DNA of 63,746 nucleotides, counting the filler, from Octopus bimaculoides (Eukaryota), in NCBI RefSeq assembly GCF_001194135.2. It is 5 parts of 5 records of this genome, joined end to end, with 100 filler letters (N's around TTAATTAATTAA, not from the genome) between each part and the next. Parts side by side here need not be neighbours in the genome. Positions count along the whole stretch, not along the records: positions 1 to 21,950 come from NC_068987.1; positions 22,051 to 24,082 come from NW_026415273.1; 3 more parts are not named here. One strand, 5' to 3'. Of this stretch, positions 10,879 to 22,794 are shown piece by piece. The position numbers and the translations under genes were made by a program. Below the pieces are notes generated by a model that saw only the letters and a program-made list of their open reading frames with translations, was not told where the DNA came from and searched no databases. The stretch's first letter is position 1; each line of letters begins with the position of its first letter.

Positions 10879-13313
10879 TTCTTTCACCACTCTTCAATTT
10901 TACTCTTTCCTTTGTGTATTTATTTGCCATTCATTTTGTCTTGTTTTTCATTTTCATTTTCTTTTTAATTTTACAGTCTATTTATTCATAGCTTTTCCTG
11001 CGGTTCAATTTTTCTTCATTATTCTATTACTTCATATTTTTCTGTATTCCTTTGTTTCGTATTCTCTGGCTTCGTTAATTTTTTGTATCTTTCATTTCAT
11101 TCATTTTTTGTAACTTTCATTTCATTCATTTTTCCCTGTATATAGCACCTGGCTTCGCACCTTACTTTCCGATGTCCTCACTATAGCACCATCATACGAT
11201 AAATCTCATTCACTGTGAAGTCAATCAAAAATATGTTAATAAAGAGGAACCAGATGGAAGCAAATTGTCAGAGGGAATTCCTGCTGAATATAAAATTGAC
11301 TTCTTCGTCAAGAAAGACTTCGGTTCTAATCATAACCCTCTTCAGACTGGACATTTATTTAATTTTTCATCTACATCAGTTGAAGAAACGGATTAGTGGG
11401 TTTTTGACTTATTGCTTTGTTTATCTTATAACGTTATATTTATCTTTTGTTTTCAATCCGCCCCGAATCAGTTTTGATATTCTATCTTCTGAGGTGATAA
11501 TTCTTGTTCTCTTGGATTCAGCATAACCGAATGTTCCTTTCTGTCTAAAGAAGTGAATGAGGTTGATAACCCATGGATGCATAGCTTTCGACCTAATCAG
11601 TATTGATGTTAAGATAAAGGAACAGTAATAATGATGTGAATTGATCAACTGATCATACGGGATTTATTTTCCTTGCTAGTTGGTTTTTCGATTTTAAACG
11701 CTGCTTTAAGGACTTTTTTCTTCTTATTGGTCGGGTAATCTCAACTGAATACAAATTTTCCGCTCGCAATNNNNNNNNNNNNNNNNNNNNNNNNNNNNNN
11801 NNNNNNNNNNNNNNNNNNNNNNNNNNNNNNNNNNNNNNNNNNNNNNNNNNNNNNNNNNNNNNNNNNNNNNNNNNNNNNNNNNNNNNNNNNNNNNNNNNNN
11901 NNNNNNNAACCTTTTCCATGAAGAATTGATTTCTAGTATTAACTTTAAATCAGCATGAACAGGCGAAAATGCAGAACACAAGGCATTTTTTTCAGTTGCA
12001 GTATCGACTTGGAAAGTCTGCCGCCCTTAAAGTAAATAAAATAATACTCCCTTTAGACTAAAGTAAGGAGATAACAGATAGTATTAGGTTTCAGGACTGA
12101 ATATATGTTTGTCTTCCCCTGGTTTATTTTTGAAATCCTGATGTCAACAATTTTAAAGTATTTTCCTTTTCAATGTGGAACAACAGCATTGCTGGTAATT
12201 CAATCGTAAGTATCCTAAAAGGTGATGGTCAGGCTGAGATACATTTGATTGTGTGTATAGTGGATCATGGTTCACTTGGTTGTTGCACCACAACAACAAT
12301 ATCAGAAGCAGCAAGGGAGAAAACACAAGAACAGCTAATATCCCACTACGATTACAGTCTTATACAGATCTATTATAAGTAGACGTTTGTTGGAAATGAT
12401 AGTGGGTCGAAGGAATTATCACCTTTAAGATCGTTTCCAAACTTATCAAATGCCTTGGTGAAAAGTAAAGAATTATATGGAAGCAAAATTGATTTAATCA
12501 TTTCGTTAATAAAGCAAAGGCGACTAACTAGCAGCATTGCTAGAATTTTGACAAAATGCTTTGTGACTTTTCTTTCGGTTCATTTGCGCTCAAGGCGCAA
12601 ATCATTCTTCTGCGTCGATAAAATAAGTAGAATCCAATAGGAGGGTCGATGTAATCAACTAACCTACTGTCCCCTTAATATCTTGCCTTATACTGAAATT
12701 TGAAACCATTTTGTCATTAATAAAGCTGAAAATGTGTACCGAAAACGTTTCCTTAAATTTTAATAGAAATGGCTTTTTGTGAGTTTAAGGTTCATTAACC
12801 TGGTATCGTATAAGAAAAAGACAAATGAGATAATATACTTCTGTAATTGCTCCTCCGGAATCGAAATGATATGGATAAGGGTGGAATTGCATTTCAACGT
12901 AAGATCCTGGAATTTAAAAAAATATCATGGACATAATCCACCACAGAAAGCCTTCCATTAGCACTATAACGGCTAAGAAATAGTAACATAGTGGAGTAGA
13001 TTCCATTGACAACATTCTTCTCTTAGAAATAGTTAGTTTGTACTCTAAGAGCACAAATCGTAATGTATTTTATCGAGTTGATGACACTGTCTAAGTGAAC
13101 ATATAAAAAACAAAGGTTTCCTATGCTGCCCAAGAAATGAATATAAACATTTAAGAATTGTGAGTAAAAATGTTGTCCTCTTGATGTGTTAAAGAAAAAT
13201 TATAAACTTGGAACCATACCAGAATTAGCTGAATAAACGAAAAGATAAATGAATTTTTCAATTTTTTGAATGAGCACGCGTGTGCGCACGCACACATACG
13301 CACGATTACATAT

Positions 13314-13358
<45 letters not shown>

Positions 13359-13916
13359 CATATAAATATATACATAAATATATATATATTCGTTTCATCT
13401 GTTTATACTTCAGTCATTACATCAATTCAGTGTACTTTCTAGAGATATATTTTTCTGTTTTATACTTGTCTTCGTTTCTCCCGCCTAATATTAGCGTAAT
13501 TGACATAAAGATTAAGCTCTCCCAACTTTCTCTCTCGATATATATATATTCATAAATCATGCTGTCGCCAATATGTTTGACATTACTTATTGATTGCTTT
13601 GTTTGTTCTTTCCTTTATGTATCTTTAGCTTATATCTTAATATAACGTATTTAACTTGCATTCTAGCACACAGAATTTTCTTTTATTTTGTTCTTATTAG
13701 TGAAATGACTTTTCTATTTCTGTATTTAAATCTGATACATGTTCTTTATGTTTGGTTTTTATATTAGATTAATTGTTTTACCTGTCAATTGATTGATTAT
13801 ATGATATATCTATCTAAAGCTATTTAGACGTTCTCATCTCTCTGACATTTAATTCGTACATAAAAGTACTATTGCACATACACACACACATACACATATG
13901 CATACACGCATTTATA

Positions 13917-13969
<53 letters not shown>

Positions 13970-14004
13970 NNNNNNNNNNNNNNNNNNTACCATGTTTTTT
14001 CCAA

Positions 14005-14044
14005 GTGTCCTGAGGAAGAGGTCTTCACCCCGAAATGTAGAAAT
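14005..14044 (+). ncRNA. Degenerate minimal hammerhead ribozyme motif in a Penelope-type repeat (about 13988-14345)
   Basis: GUGUC-CUGAGGA-A-GAGGU-cuuc-ACCCC-GAAA-UGUA-GAAAU. Core boxes are intact; there is one mismatch each in stems I and II, and helix III is AUGU rather than ACGU. Confidence 0.5.
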
Positions 14045-14935
14045 ACAAAGTAAAACTGCAACTTTGTTTCATTTTCATTTTGTAGTTTACTTTGTACCTT
14101 CTCGCATTCTTCAGGCCTTAGACCACAACCCTCTTTTGTATATCGTTTTGCGATTTGGGTTGCAAGATTCTTTATGAGAGTTCGTGTGTTAAAGCATATC
14201 CTATTGTGTCTGGGGAGAGTCATTTTCTTTGTGTGCCTTATAATTTAACACACTCACCGGTAAAATTTCCACTTATTCCTTATATTAATTTTCCTAAAAT
14301 TTTTGTTGTGTCTTGCAATCTTTTCAAATTTTTTTTACAGTTCTAATTTGTCTGACTGAGATTTGACTCGTCCCTGCTTAGTGTGCTTCCTTGTGGTGGC
14401 GACTAAGCTGTTATTGTACTACATTATATTAAACCAAAAAAATAACGGACCAATTCATTATTTTCACAAATATCCTTCAACAATTTCGCTATTTGTTTTT
14501 CATTGTTATTTTATCAATGTTGATTGATATATTTCGGAGCAATAACATAATCATATATGCTGTATTTCACCCCCAGTTCTGCTCTCTCGTTTCTTGTGCT
14601 AACTTGTCGTCCATGATGCTATTATTAAAGTTGTTGTTATTATTATAATGTAAACATTATTATTGGGATTGGACAGAATGACAGAGTTTCTATATCGCTG
14701 GGCAAAATACTTCGTATTATTGAACAATATACTTTTATCATCTTAGGTTTTGTATAAAGTAAATACTAGTCTGTATGTGGAAATATTATAGATATTCTAC
14801 AAACACAACTCTTTACTTTGAGGATTTGTTCCTTCTGTAGAGTTCCATGGTATTTCGTTGATCCCCATTATTCTTTAATTTTATCCTTGTGTTGTCTGAA
14901 ATGATTTGATCACTTGTTGCCACTAAAAACACTAA

Positions 14936-15122
14936 TTCTTCTTCTTCTTCTTCTTCTTCTTCTTCTTCTTCTTCTTCTTCTTCTTCTTCTTCTTCTTCTT
15001 CTTCTTCTTCTTCTTCTTCTTCTTCTTCTTCTTCTTCTTCTTCTTCTTCTTCTTCTTCTTCTTCTTCTTCTTCTTCTTCTTCTTCTTCTTCTTCTTCTTC
15101 TTCTTCTTCTTCTTCTTCTTCT
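14936..15122. repeat. Pure (CTT)n microsatellite, about 62 units
   Basis: Read directly from the sequence. Confidence 0.98.
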
Positions 15123-15460
15123 CAGTCGGATACCAGACGCTGGAGAGAAAGGCCGCCGTTCGGAAATGTCACTGGGCTGGAATAACCGAGATGCACATAG
15201 AATGATAAAACTCTACTGAACGCATTCATTCAGCATCCTAACTATACTGATCTTGAACGTTTATCGTTTGTAGGAGTGATCCAGATATCCGTCGAAGACA
15301 TATTGTAGATTGCTCCACCACCCTCAATCAATATGGCTGAAGAGTCAGTTATCCTACGTTTGATGGCGATAGCGAAAGGAGTTTTGTGGTAGACGAGACT
15401 TAAATGATTGAAATCAGACACGGTATACTTCGATCAAGTCCTCATTGACATTTTCAAGTT
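15123..15460 (-). mobile_element. Possible decayed LINE 3' end with an (AAG)n tail
   Basis: Complex sequence abuts a ~62-unit (AAG)n tract on the minus strand, with only weak RTE-like traces (CLRRISG). Confidence 0.3.
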
Positions 15461-15830
15461 CAACTTACAAAGGAAAGTGCGGATGGACTCTATACGTTAG
15501 TGATTTGTCCATAAATACGTGACTGGCGAAAATTATTGGAATAAATGGAAATATTCTCAGTATGTCTGCACATTGGGGAAAAACAGTCAGGTGAGAGTTC
15601 AAGCTCACGAGGATTAAGGTGATCTTAGATGCTCGGCATTCATTCATATACCTTAGTTGAATACGTTGCTGTATTTTATCACCCTCGCCTTCTTTACATC
15701 TAATATCTAATATCTCACAATCTTTAACCCTTGTCAAATTTTATTTACACTTCCATACAATTTACAACCACTATTTGTAATTTCTTTATATGTTGACTTC
15801 TTGGCATCATATAAGGTGGACAGTCCAATG

Positions 15831-15935
15831 TTTCGGGGTCGATAAAATAAGTACCAGTTGAGTACTGGGGTGGATGCAATCGAGTTATCCCCTTCATGAC
15901 ACTGCTGGCTTTGCACCGAAAATTGAAATCATTAT
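15831..15935 (+). mobile_element. SINE family B, 3' half
   Basis: TTTCGGGGTCGATAAAATAAGTACCAGTTGAGTACTGGGG..GAAAATTGAAATC. Confidence 0.8.
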
Positions 15936-16383
15936 TGTTGTTCTTGTTAACGTTGTTAATTTTCATTTAAATTTAGTAATACACTTGTTTGTGACGACAT
16001 ACCAACCAATCTATCGTTGGTGTATATCACGATTTAGATAAATCTGAAATTATTTAAACAATATTACTTCCGTCTTCATACCTGGGAAAAGCACACATAG
16101 GAAGACTTAAATCTATAAAGACTGTGAGTGAAGTGCACTGCACCCCATCAAGTTCAGTATAAAAGTCTGCATCTGTAATAAAATATAACACGATTTCATA
16201 TATCGTACCAGCAAAATCTATTACTGTGGGGCGGATATATTTACAGAAAGTTTCCTATGTTAAGTTTGAAGTAGTTATACTATCATTATGACTAGTGTAT
16301 TCGTTTATCATGTTTTGGGTTTCTATTGTTTAGAATAAAAGGTATATTTTAAATAAAATTCAATGGATATTTTATATCTATCA

Positions 16384-16453
<70 letters not shown>

Positions 16454-16478
16454 TTATCTATCTATTTATCTATCTATT

Positions 16479-16509
<31 letters not shown>

Positions 16510-16683
16510 CTCTCTCTCTCTCNNNNNNNNNNNNNNNNNNNNNNNNNNNNNNNNNNNNNNNNNNNNNNNNNNNNNNNNNNNNNNNNNNNNNNNNNNNNNN
16601 NNNNNNNNNNNNNNNNNNNNNNNNNNNNNNNNNNNNNNNNNNNNNNNNNNNNNNNNNNNNNNNNNNNNNNNNNNNNNNNNNNN

Positions 16684-16803
16684 GGCTGTGTGGTAAGTAC
16701 TAGGCTTACAAAGAAGAAGTCCTAGGGTCGATTTGCTCGACTAAAGGCGGTGTTCCAGCATGGCCACAGTCAAATGACTGAAACAAGTAAAAGAGTAAAA
16801 GAG
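16684..16803 (+). mobile_element. SINE family A, internally deleted
   Basis: Head GGCTGTGTGGTAAGTA fused directly to the 3' segment CTAGGCTTACAAAG...TAAAAGAGT. Confidence 0.85.
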
Positions 16804-17049
16804 TATGTATATATATATATGTGTGTGTGAGTGTGTGTGTGTGTGTGTGCATGTGCGTGTGTGCGTGTGTGTGTGTGTGTAACAACCACAACTGAACCAG
16901 CCATATTATTTTTCATAATTATTTAAAAAGAAATGAGTTCACATTTGACTGACTGAGTCGAAAATAATACAACGTAATTAGAGAGAATGGTAAACATTGC
17001 AAGTAATTCAAAGGATAATCATTATTCTGGTAAAAGGCCAAAACTTATC

Positions 17050-17476
17050 AATTTCAAATTTTGACACAAGACCCGTAATTTCCGGTATAAGTCGATTACA
17101 TTGACATCCAGTACTCAACTGGTACTTATTTTAAAGGATGAAAATCAAAGTCAACCTCGATAGAATTTGAACTCAGTACTTAAAGACTGACGAAATGCCG
17201 AGAAGAATTTTTGCGTGGCATGTTAACGATTCTCCCAGCTCGCTGCATTAAAAGTCCAAAATATATTGGTTTCAAATTGTGGCACAATGCCAGAAATTTC
17301 TGGAGGGGGAGGGATTTAGTCGATTACATCGACCCAGTGCACAACTGGTACTTATTTTGTGAATTGCAAAAGGCAAAGTCTACCCCAGCGGAATTTGAAC
17401 TCAGAACGTAAAGACGGACGAATTATCGCTAAGCGTTTTGCCTGGTGTGCTAATGATTCTGCCAACTCGCTGCTCT
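17050..17476 (-). mobile_element. Two head-to-tail SINE family B copies (about 17050-17250 and 17263-17476)
   Basis: Two GAATTTGAACTCAG boxes, each with its own tail. Confidence 0.85.
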
Positions 17477-18704
17477 AAAGGACACAAGAGATTAAGAAAC
17501 ATAAGTCATTACGATATCTTTTTTAAAAGGTTCAATAGCTGACAATATCTTAATGTATGCACATCTGTGTAGGTCATAATGTGATACTGTAACGAATGTC
17601 TAATATATCTATATCTACTATTGGCCCTTTGCCCTCGAGCCGCCGATTTCACGGGATTACCTTAAACGCTCACCGGAAATGTTGTCTGCTTTTCATTCGT
17701 CTCGTCTATTATATAGGAATCAATTATATTTTATTTTCCGAATATTGTTTTATCGCCTATATTACTAAATATGTGTTTACCATATAATTAATTATATTAT
17801 CTTTATTTCCGCGTTTGTCTTGGCTGCGGTGTCATAGACATCATGCTAGCCTTACCTGAAAAATAAATGTTTGATACATATTTTATTTTACTATAAATGG
17901 AAAAATTAACAATAAAATACACAACATAGTGCTTCAGGGTGAGAACTTCAGCGCCGAGAATGTGAACGGTAACTAGAACATGTACAAGAAATTCAAAACC
18001 ACAATAGACTGAGGATGTAAGAAGCAAGAGCAGTTTAAATTTGTGTACAGAAAGAGTATATAATGCCAAGCATAAGTATGGCGTACATGCGTGATACCAA
18101 CAGTAATTAATGTAAAGAAATAGATGATAGGGCATACAGAATTGCATGTAACAGTGACATTAGGAAAAATGAAAACAGTGAAATACAGGGAAGAAGGAAA
18201 AATGAATGAAAAAATATGAGGTGATTATTTCGAGAAAATTGCAGACGTAAAATCAGAGAAAAGCTAAAAATTATGAGTAGAGGAAAGAGAAGTCACTACC
18301 AACCTACAATGAGTAGCAGAGAAGATTTAATTGAAAGAAAGTGAAGAGTACCTTTGGAACATGAGGAATCAGAAATGAGGTAAGAGAAATTACGAATACG
18401 AAAGATGGTAAGAGCAACTGTAAATTCGAAATAATGTTATGATTCACCATTTTGATATTGCTGAGATCAACATTGTATGTCGGTTGTTGTGGAGTCGTAA
18501 GAGAAAGCACAGAAGTACCTTTAGTACGAAATTGAAGCAATACCAGGATTCCATGAATATCCTTTTTAGCTCGAGGAATTGTTTGACCAACATGAAGGAA
18601 TCAACACTAAGACAATCATTCGAAACAACGACTAAGCATTCATTTTAGATGGAGTTAACTGTATACACTGTTACATGGGTAATCCTCTATTTCTTCCGTT
18701 TAAA

Positions 18705-18872
18705 AAAAATTTAAACATTATTTACATCATTTAAATTATTTACATTCTACGGATATTTGTCCTCATCTTGTTTGTTGTTAACACAACGTTTCGGCTGATA
18801 TAGCCTGCAGCCTTCTTCAGGTGTCTTGGCGAAATTTCGAACCTGGGTTCTCATTCCTAAGGTATTTTTCAA

Positions 18873-18880
<8 letters not shown>
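18705..18880 (-). mobile_element. Short non-autonomous Penelope pLTR-like repeat carrying a hammerhead ribozyme
   Basis: Contains the hammerhead motif listed next, is bordered by (TAA)n and short AATGTAAAT repeats, and resembles a high-copy octopus repeat I recall (not verified). Confidence 0.6.
18780..18825 (-). ncRNA. Minimal type I hammerhead ribozyme
   Basis: Minus strand GACAC-CUGAAGA-A-GGCUG-caggcuauau-CAGCC-GAA-ACGU-U-GUGUU: stem I GACAC/GUGUU, perfect 5-bp stem II, palindromic ACGU helix III, GUU cleavage triplet. Confidence 0.75.
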
Positions 18881-18924
<44 letters not shown>

Positions 18925-21159
18925 GTTATTTTTGTTGTTGTTGTTGTTGTTGTTATTGTTGTTATTTATATTTAAATTTTAATTCATCAAAAACATTTAA
19001 ATTTAATCAAAACGCTATTAATTTACATGCAGGGGGAAATTTATATTATTGACGAATGTAAAGCAATGCTTTCTCAATTTTCGGAGCTTTATGATCAGCA
19101 ATTTCTACAGTTCGTATTCCGAAAACATTCAGTTGGAAAACATTCTCTACGCAACAGCGAATCTGAATATGAAATTCGGAATTCTAGAAGAAACAACGAG
19201 AAAGTACAGAAAACATGAAACCAGAAAATATCAGTGCACTTTGAAGCAGGTAAGATGAGAAAATTTACAGATTTTACAAGGTGTTGGCAATATTTGTTGA
19301 TAAAGATAGACCTCCACAAGTATATTGAAATATAATTGGTCAAACTCGAGAACAGCAAAATATATTTCTTGTTCTGCTTGGAAGTTGTGCTTTATCCTTT
19401 ACTATTTCCAAATGGAAAACAATGCTAGCATATCTTAACTAGCCAACCCCAAGTTTTGCTATTTCTTCGTAGTTAAGAAGGGTAACTATACATATTTTCT
19501 ACAGTTTCTTCCTCAAAATTACCCTGGAATTGTTTTACGTAAAAAGATTTCAAGTTTACCGATCCACATGGAGCCTTGACTCGTTATTGAGGTTTCATTT
19601 TTTTAAATAAATCTCAGCAGTAAGAAATGAATTTATTTGTTACCTTCTAAATTCATGTTGATTTCGTATCATTATAAATATGTCCCATTGTGGAAGCCTT
19701 CTCATCTGAAATTCAATGACATGCCCATAATCCATCACCTTACATAATTCATTGCAGCTACAAGACAATATTTTTATTTCATTCATCGACCAATTATATT
19801 CTTACGATATTATGTTATTAACGTATATCTGCTGACAGAAGTGCATCACCTTAATTTTATTAATGATAATAATCAAATTCAAACAAGGATGGCATTATAT
19901 CACACCCTTAAAGATAATTGTGAAAGGGATGAAAATGAAGATCACGGAGCTCCAGTAAAATCCTCATCTTTGTATTTGAGAAGCTACAGGAATGTACAGC
20001 ATATCAATCAGGACGCAACAAATCATTCGTAAAGTAGCAAATCTGATTTTTTGTTTAACCTACAGAAACAGATATCACGAGCAGTTTCTATCGATAAGAA
20101 ACATCACTAAACAAAACTGACTATGTGTATGTGTCGCATGTCTGCAAATGGAATTTTAATGTGATGTTTAATGTTGTAAGGTGGTGATCATGGGCATTTT
20201 ATGAAATTTTAGGAGAAAAAGATTCCGCAATACGACATATTAATAGTGATGCAAAATGAAAGTGAATTTAGGACCAGGTAACAATTAAATTCTTTTGTTT
20301 CAGTTAAGATTTCATTTCGAAAATAAAACTTCAATAATTACTGTAAGGTCTATTGATTTATGAACCATGCGGATCAGAAAACTTTAACTCTATTTATGTG
20401 AAAGGTGGACAATGATATAAAACAATTCTGGGACGATTTTGGGGAAGAAATATAAGAAAAAATGGATAGCCGTCCTATTTAAATACGAACAAATAACATG
20501 GATGTTGCTTGAGGTGGAGGCTATCATGTAGATTAAAGCTTTGTAGAATCATTAAGGAAGTACAGATATCAGACCCATCTCAATCTAGAAGTAAGATCAT
20601 AAATTAAACGCATGAGTAATAGAATAAATGAAAAGATTTCCTCCTAGTGAAAGTTAACAACAAACCTGCAAGAAGTGTGAAACTAAATAAATAAATATTA
20701 AATAAGTATGAACATAGTCATGAAATTAAACGATTTTTAATGTCCAGATACATGTCCCTACCCCGAATTATTTGAGGCTTATTAAAATATTAGCTCCCTG
20801 AACTATTGGATACAACAAGACAATGAGGTCAAAAATCAAGATGAAACCAACTCAAATTGAATGCTCTTAGACAACGTTCAATTTTAGTTGGATTAATTTC
20901 CATTCTGCTCGTTGTGACTGGAAGCTTGCAATTTTCTTTGCATGTGTACTAGCGTTTTTTATGAAACTGAACGATTATAGGTGACCTAGCATATATGCAC
21001 TCTCTAACAAAATATTAAAATCATTTCTAAAGATTTCTGATAATTTCACGTTGCAGCTATGATAATGACATCTGGCTAAAAATAGAATCAGCATTGTTAT
21101 CATTATTAATACTGCCTTCAATATTATTATTGGTGTTGTTATTATTATTATTATTGTTG

Positions 21160-21252
<93 letters not shown>

Positions 21253-21331
21253 TCCATATTCTTGTTATTTTTGTCGCCACATCAACATAATTTTCATGAG
21301 TTGTATTTCTTGGTAGTAATANNNNNNNNNN

Positions 21332-21364
<33 letters not shown>

Positions 21365-21950
21365 TCCATATTCTTGTTATTTTTGTCGCCACATCAACAT
21401 AATTTTCATGAGTTGTATTTCTTGGTAGTAATATTTTTCTATTCCCACTACCTCTCTTTCTCTCTCTTACTATCTCCCCTCTCCTCCTCTCTATCTCTTT
21501 CTTTATCTCACTTTCCCGCGAGTTTTGGAGGGAGCTGCATTCCTGTCAACATTTCCTAATTACTAGCTGCTTTTCTGAAAGTGTCACCACTAACCTCAGG
21601 TAAGGCGTTTGATCGGCAGATGCAGATGGTAGTTTTGCTGGTTCTCCTTCTTTCCCCATCAATTACAGTTTTGTCGTTATTAGTAAGTGACTTGCCTCTT
21701 GCATGCTTGGTTCATCCTCCCAATTTGGTTTGGATGTTGTCTCTGTGTGTGGTTGCATATGGCAGTGTTTTGGGTGTATGTGTTTTTGTGAGTGTGAGTA
21801 CGTACACATGCCTGTGTGCATGCGTGTGTATATGCATGTTTGCGTGTGTAAGCGTGCCTTCAAAAATGAACTCACTCATACGGACATATACGTACACACA
21901 TATGTACACACACACATATATATATATATACTTATATATGTATATGTATA

Positions 21951-22050
21951 NNNNNNNNNNNNNNNNNNNNNNNNNNNNNNNNNNNNNNNNNNNNTTAATT
22001 AATTAANNNNNNNNNNNNNNNNNNNNNNNNNNNNNNNNNNNNNNNNNNNN
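21951..22050. other. Artificial assembly join 44N-TTAATTAATTAA-44N (also at 24083-24182, 35180-35279, 57613-57712)
   Basis: Identical 100-nt geometry four times; the 12-mer is a palindrome with stops in all six frames. Confidence 0.95.
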
Positions 22051-22142
22051 ATAAAATAAGTACCAGTTGAACACTGGGGTCGAAGTAATCGACTCATCCC
22101 TTCCACCAAAATTGCTGCCCTTGTGACAAAACTTGAAACCGT
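22051..22142 (+). mobile_element. SINE family B, 3' half
   Basis: ATAAAATAAGTACCAGTTGAACACTGGGGTCGAAGTAATCGAC..CTTGAAACC. Confidence 0.8.
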
Positions 22143-22254
22143 TATTATTATTATCATCATCATCATCATCATCATCATTATTTCTAGTTTTGCACAAAGT
22201 ATTGTGTAGCAGTAGCAACAGCACTGCTACTGTTAATACTGTCATTATTTTTGC

Positions 22255-22279
22255 GTTGTAATTATCATTATTATTATTA

Positions 22280-22326
<47 letters not shown>

Positions 22327-22638
22327 ACTATGGTGTCTATGTGTGGATGTAAAGGTTGTTTTTCAAAGTAGATGGCGCTAGCACCACCATGGCCAACACC
22401 ATCATCACCATTGCAACCCACCTGTGTCGCAACCACCACTATCATCATCATCATCATCACCGTTATCATCATCAACATCGTCGTCATCGTCATCATCATC
22501 ATCATCATCATCATCTTTAACATCGTCATCATCGTCATCATCATCATCATCGTCAGCAACAGTAGCAGTAGCAGCAGCTTCATCAACGTCATCATCATGA
22601 ATATTATCGTCATCATCAACATCAATATCGTCATCAAT

Positions 22639-22672
<34 letters not shown>

Positions 22673-22794
22673 ATATTATCGTCATCATCAACATCAATAT
22701 CGTCATCAATATCATCATCATCAATATCGTCATCAATATCATCATCATCAATATCGTCATCAATATTATCATCATCATCATCATCATCATTATC
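22255..22794. repeat. (ATT)n then (ATC)n array with higher-order variant blocks
   Basis: Recurring AATATCGTCATCAAT blocks within (ATC)n; runs into an N gap. Confidence 0.9.

Noticed and set aside
17940-18650. A-rich purine-biased stretches (also 20200-20900, 25540-26000, 33290-33900, 44870-45170) resembling old LINE bodies
   Set aside because: No diagnostic motif was recoverable, so they were left unannotated.
19033-19249. Candidate exon ending in a strong CAG|GTAAGA donor
   Set aside because: No similarity to the glutaredoxin domain, weak acceptor, and it lies in decayed LINE/PLE-like sequence. Needs RNA-seq.
20211-20277. 65-nt AG...GT segment reading EKKIPQYDILIVMQNESEFRT, superficially like GRXCR exon 3 (SMNES)
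   Set aside because: Only a 3-4 residue match, and its end phase is incompatible with the phase-0 last exon.
21251-21433. 71-bp exact tandem duplication (21251-21321 and 21363-21433) plus shared (TAG)n
   Set aside because: It straddles a 10-N gap, typical of unmerged overlapping contig ends.
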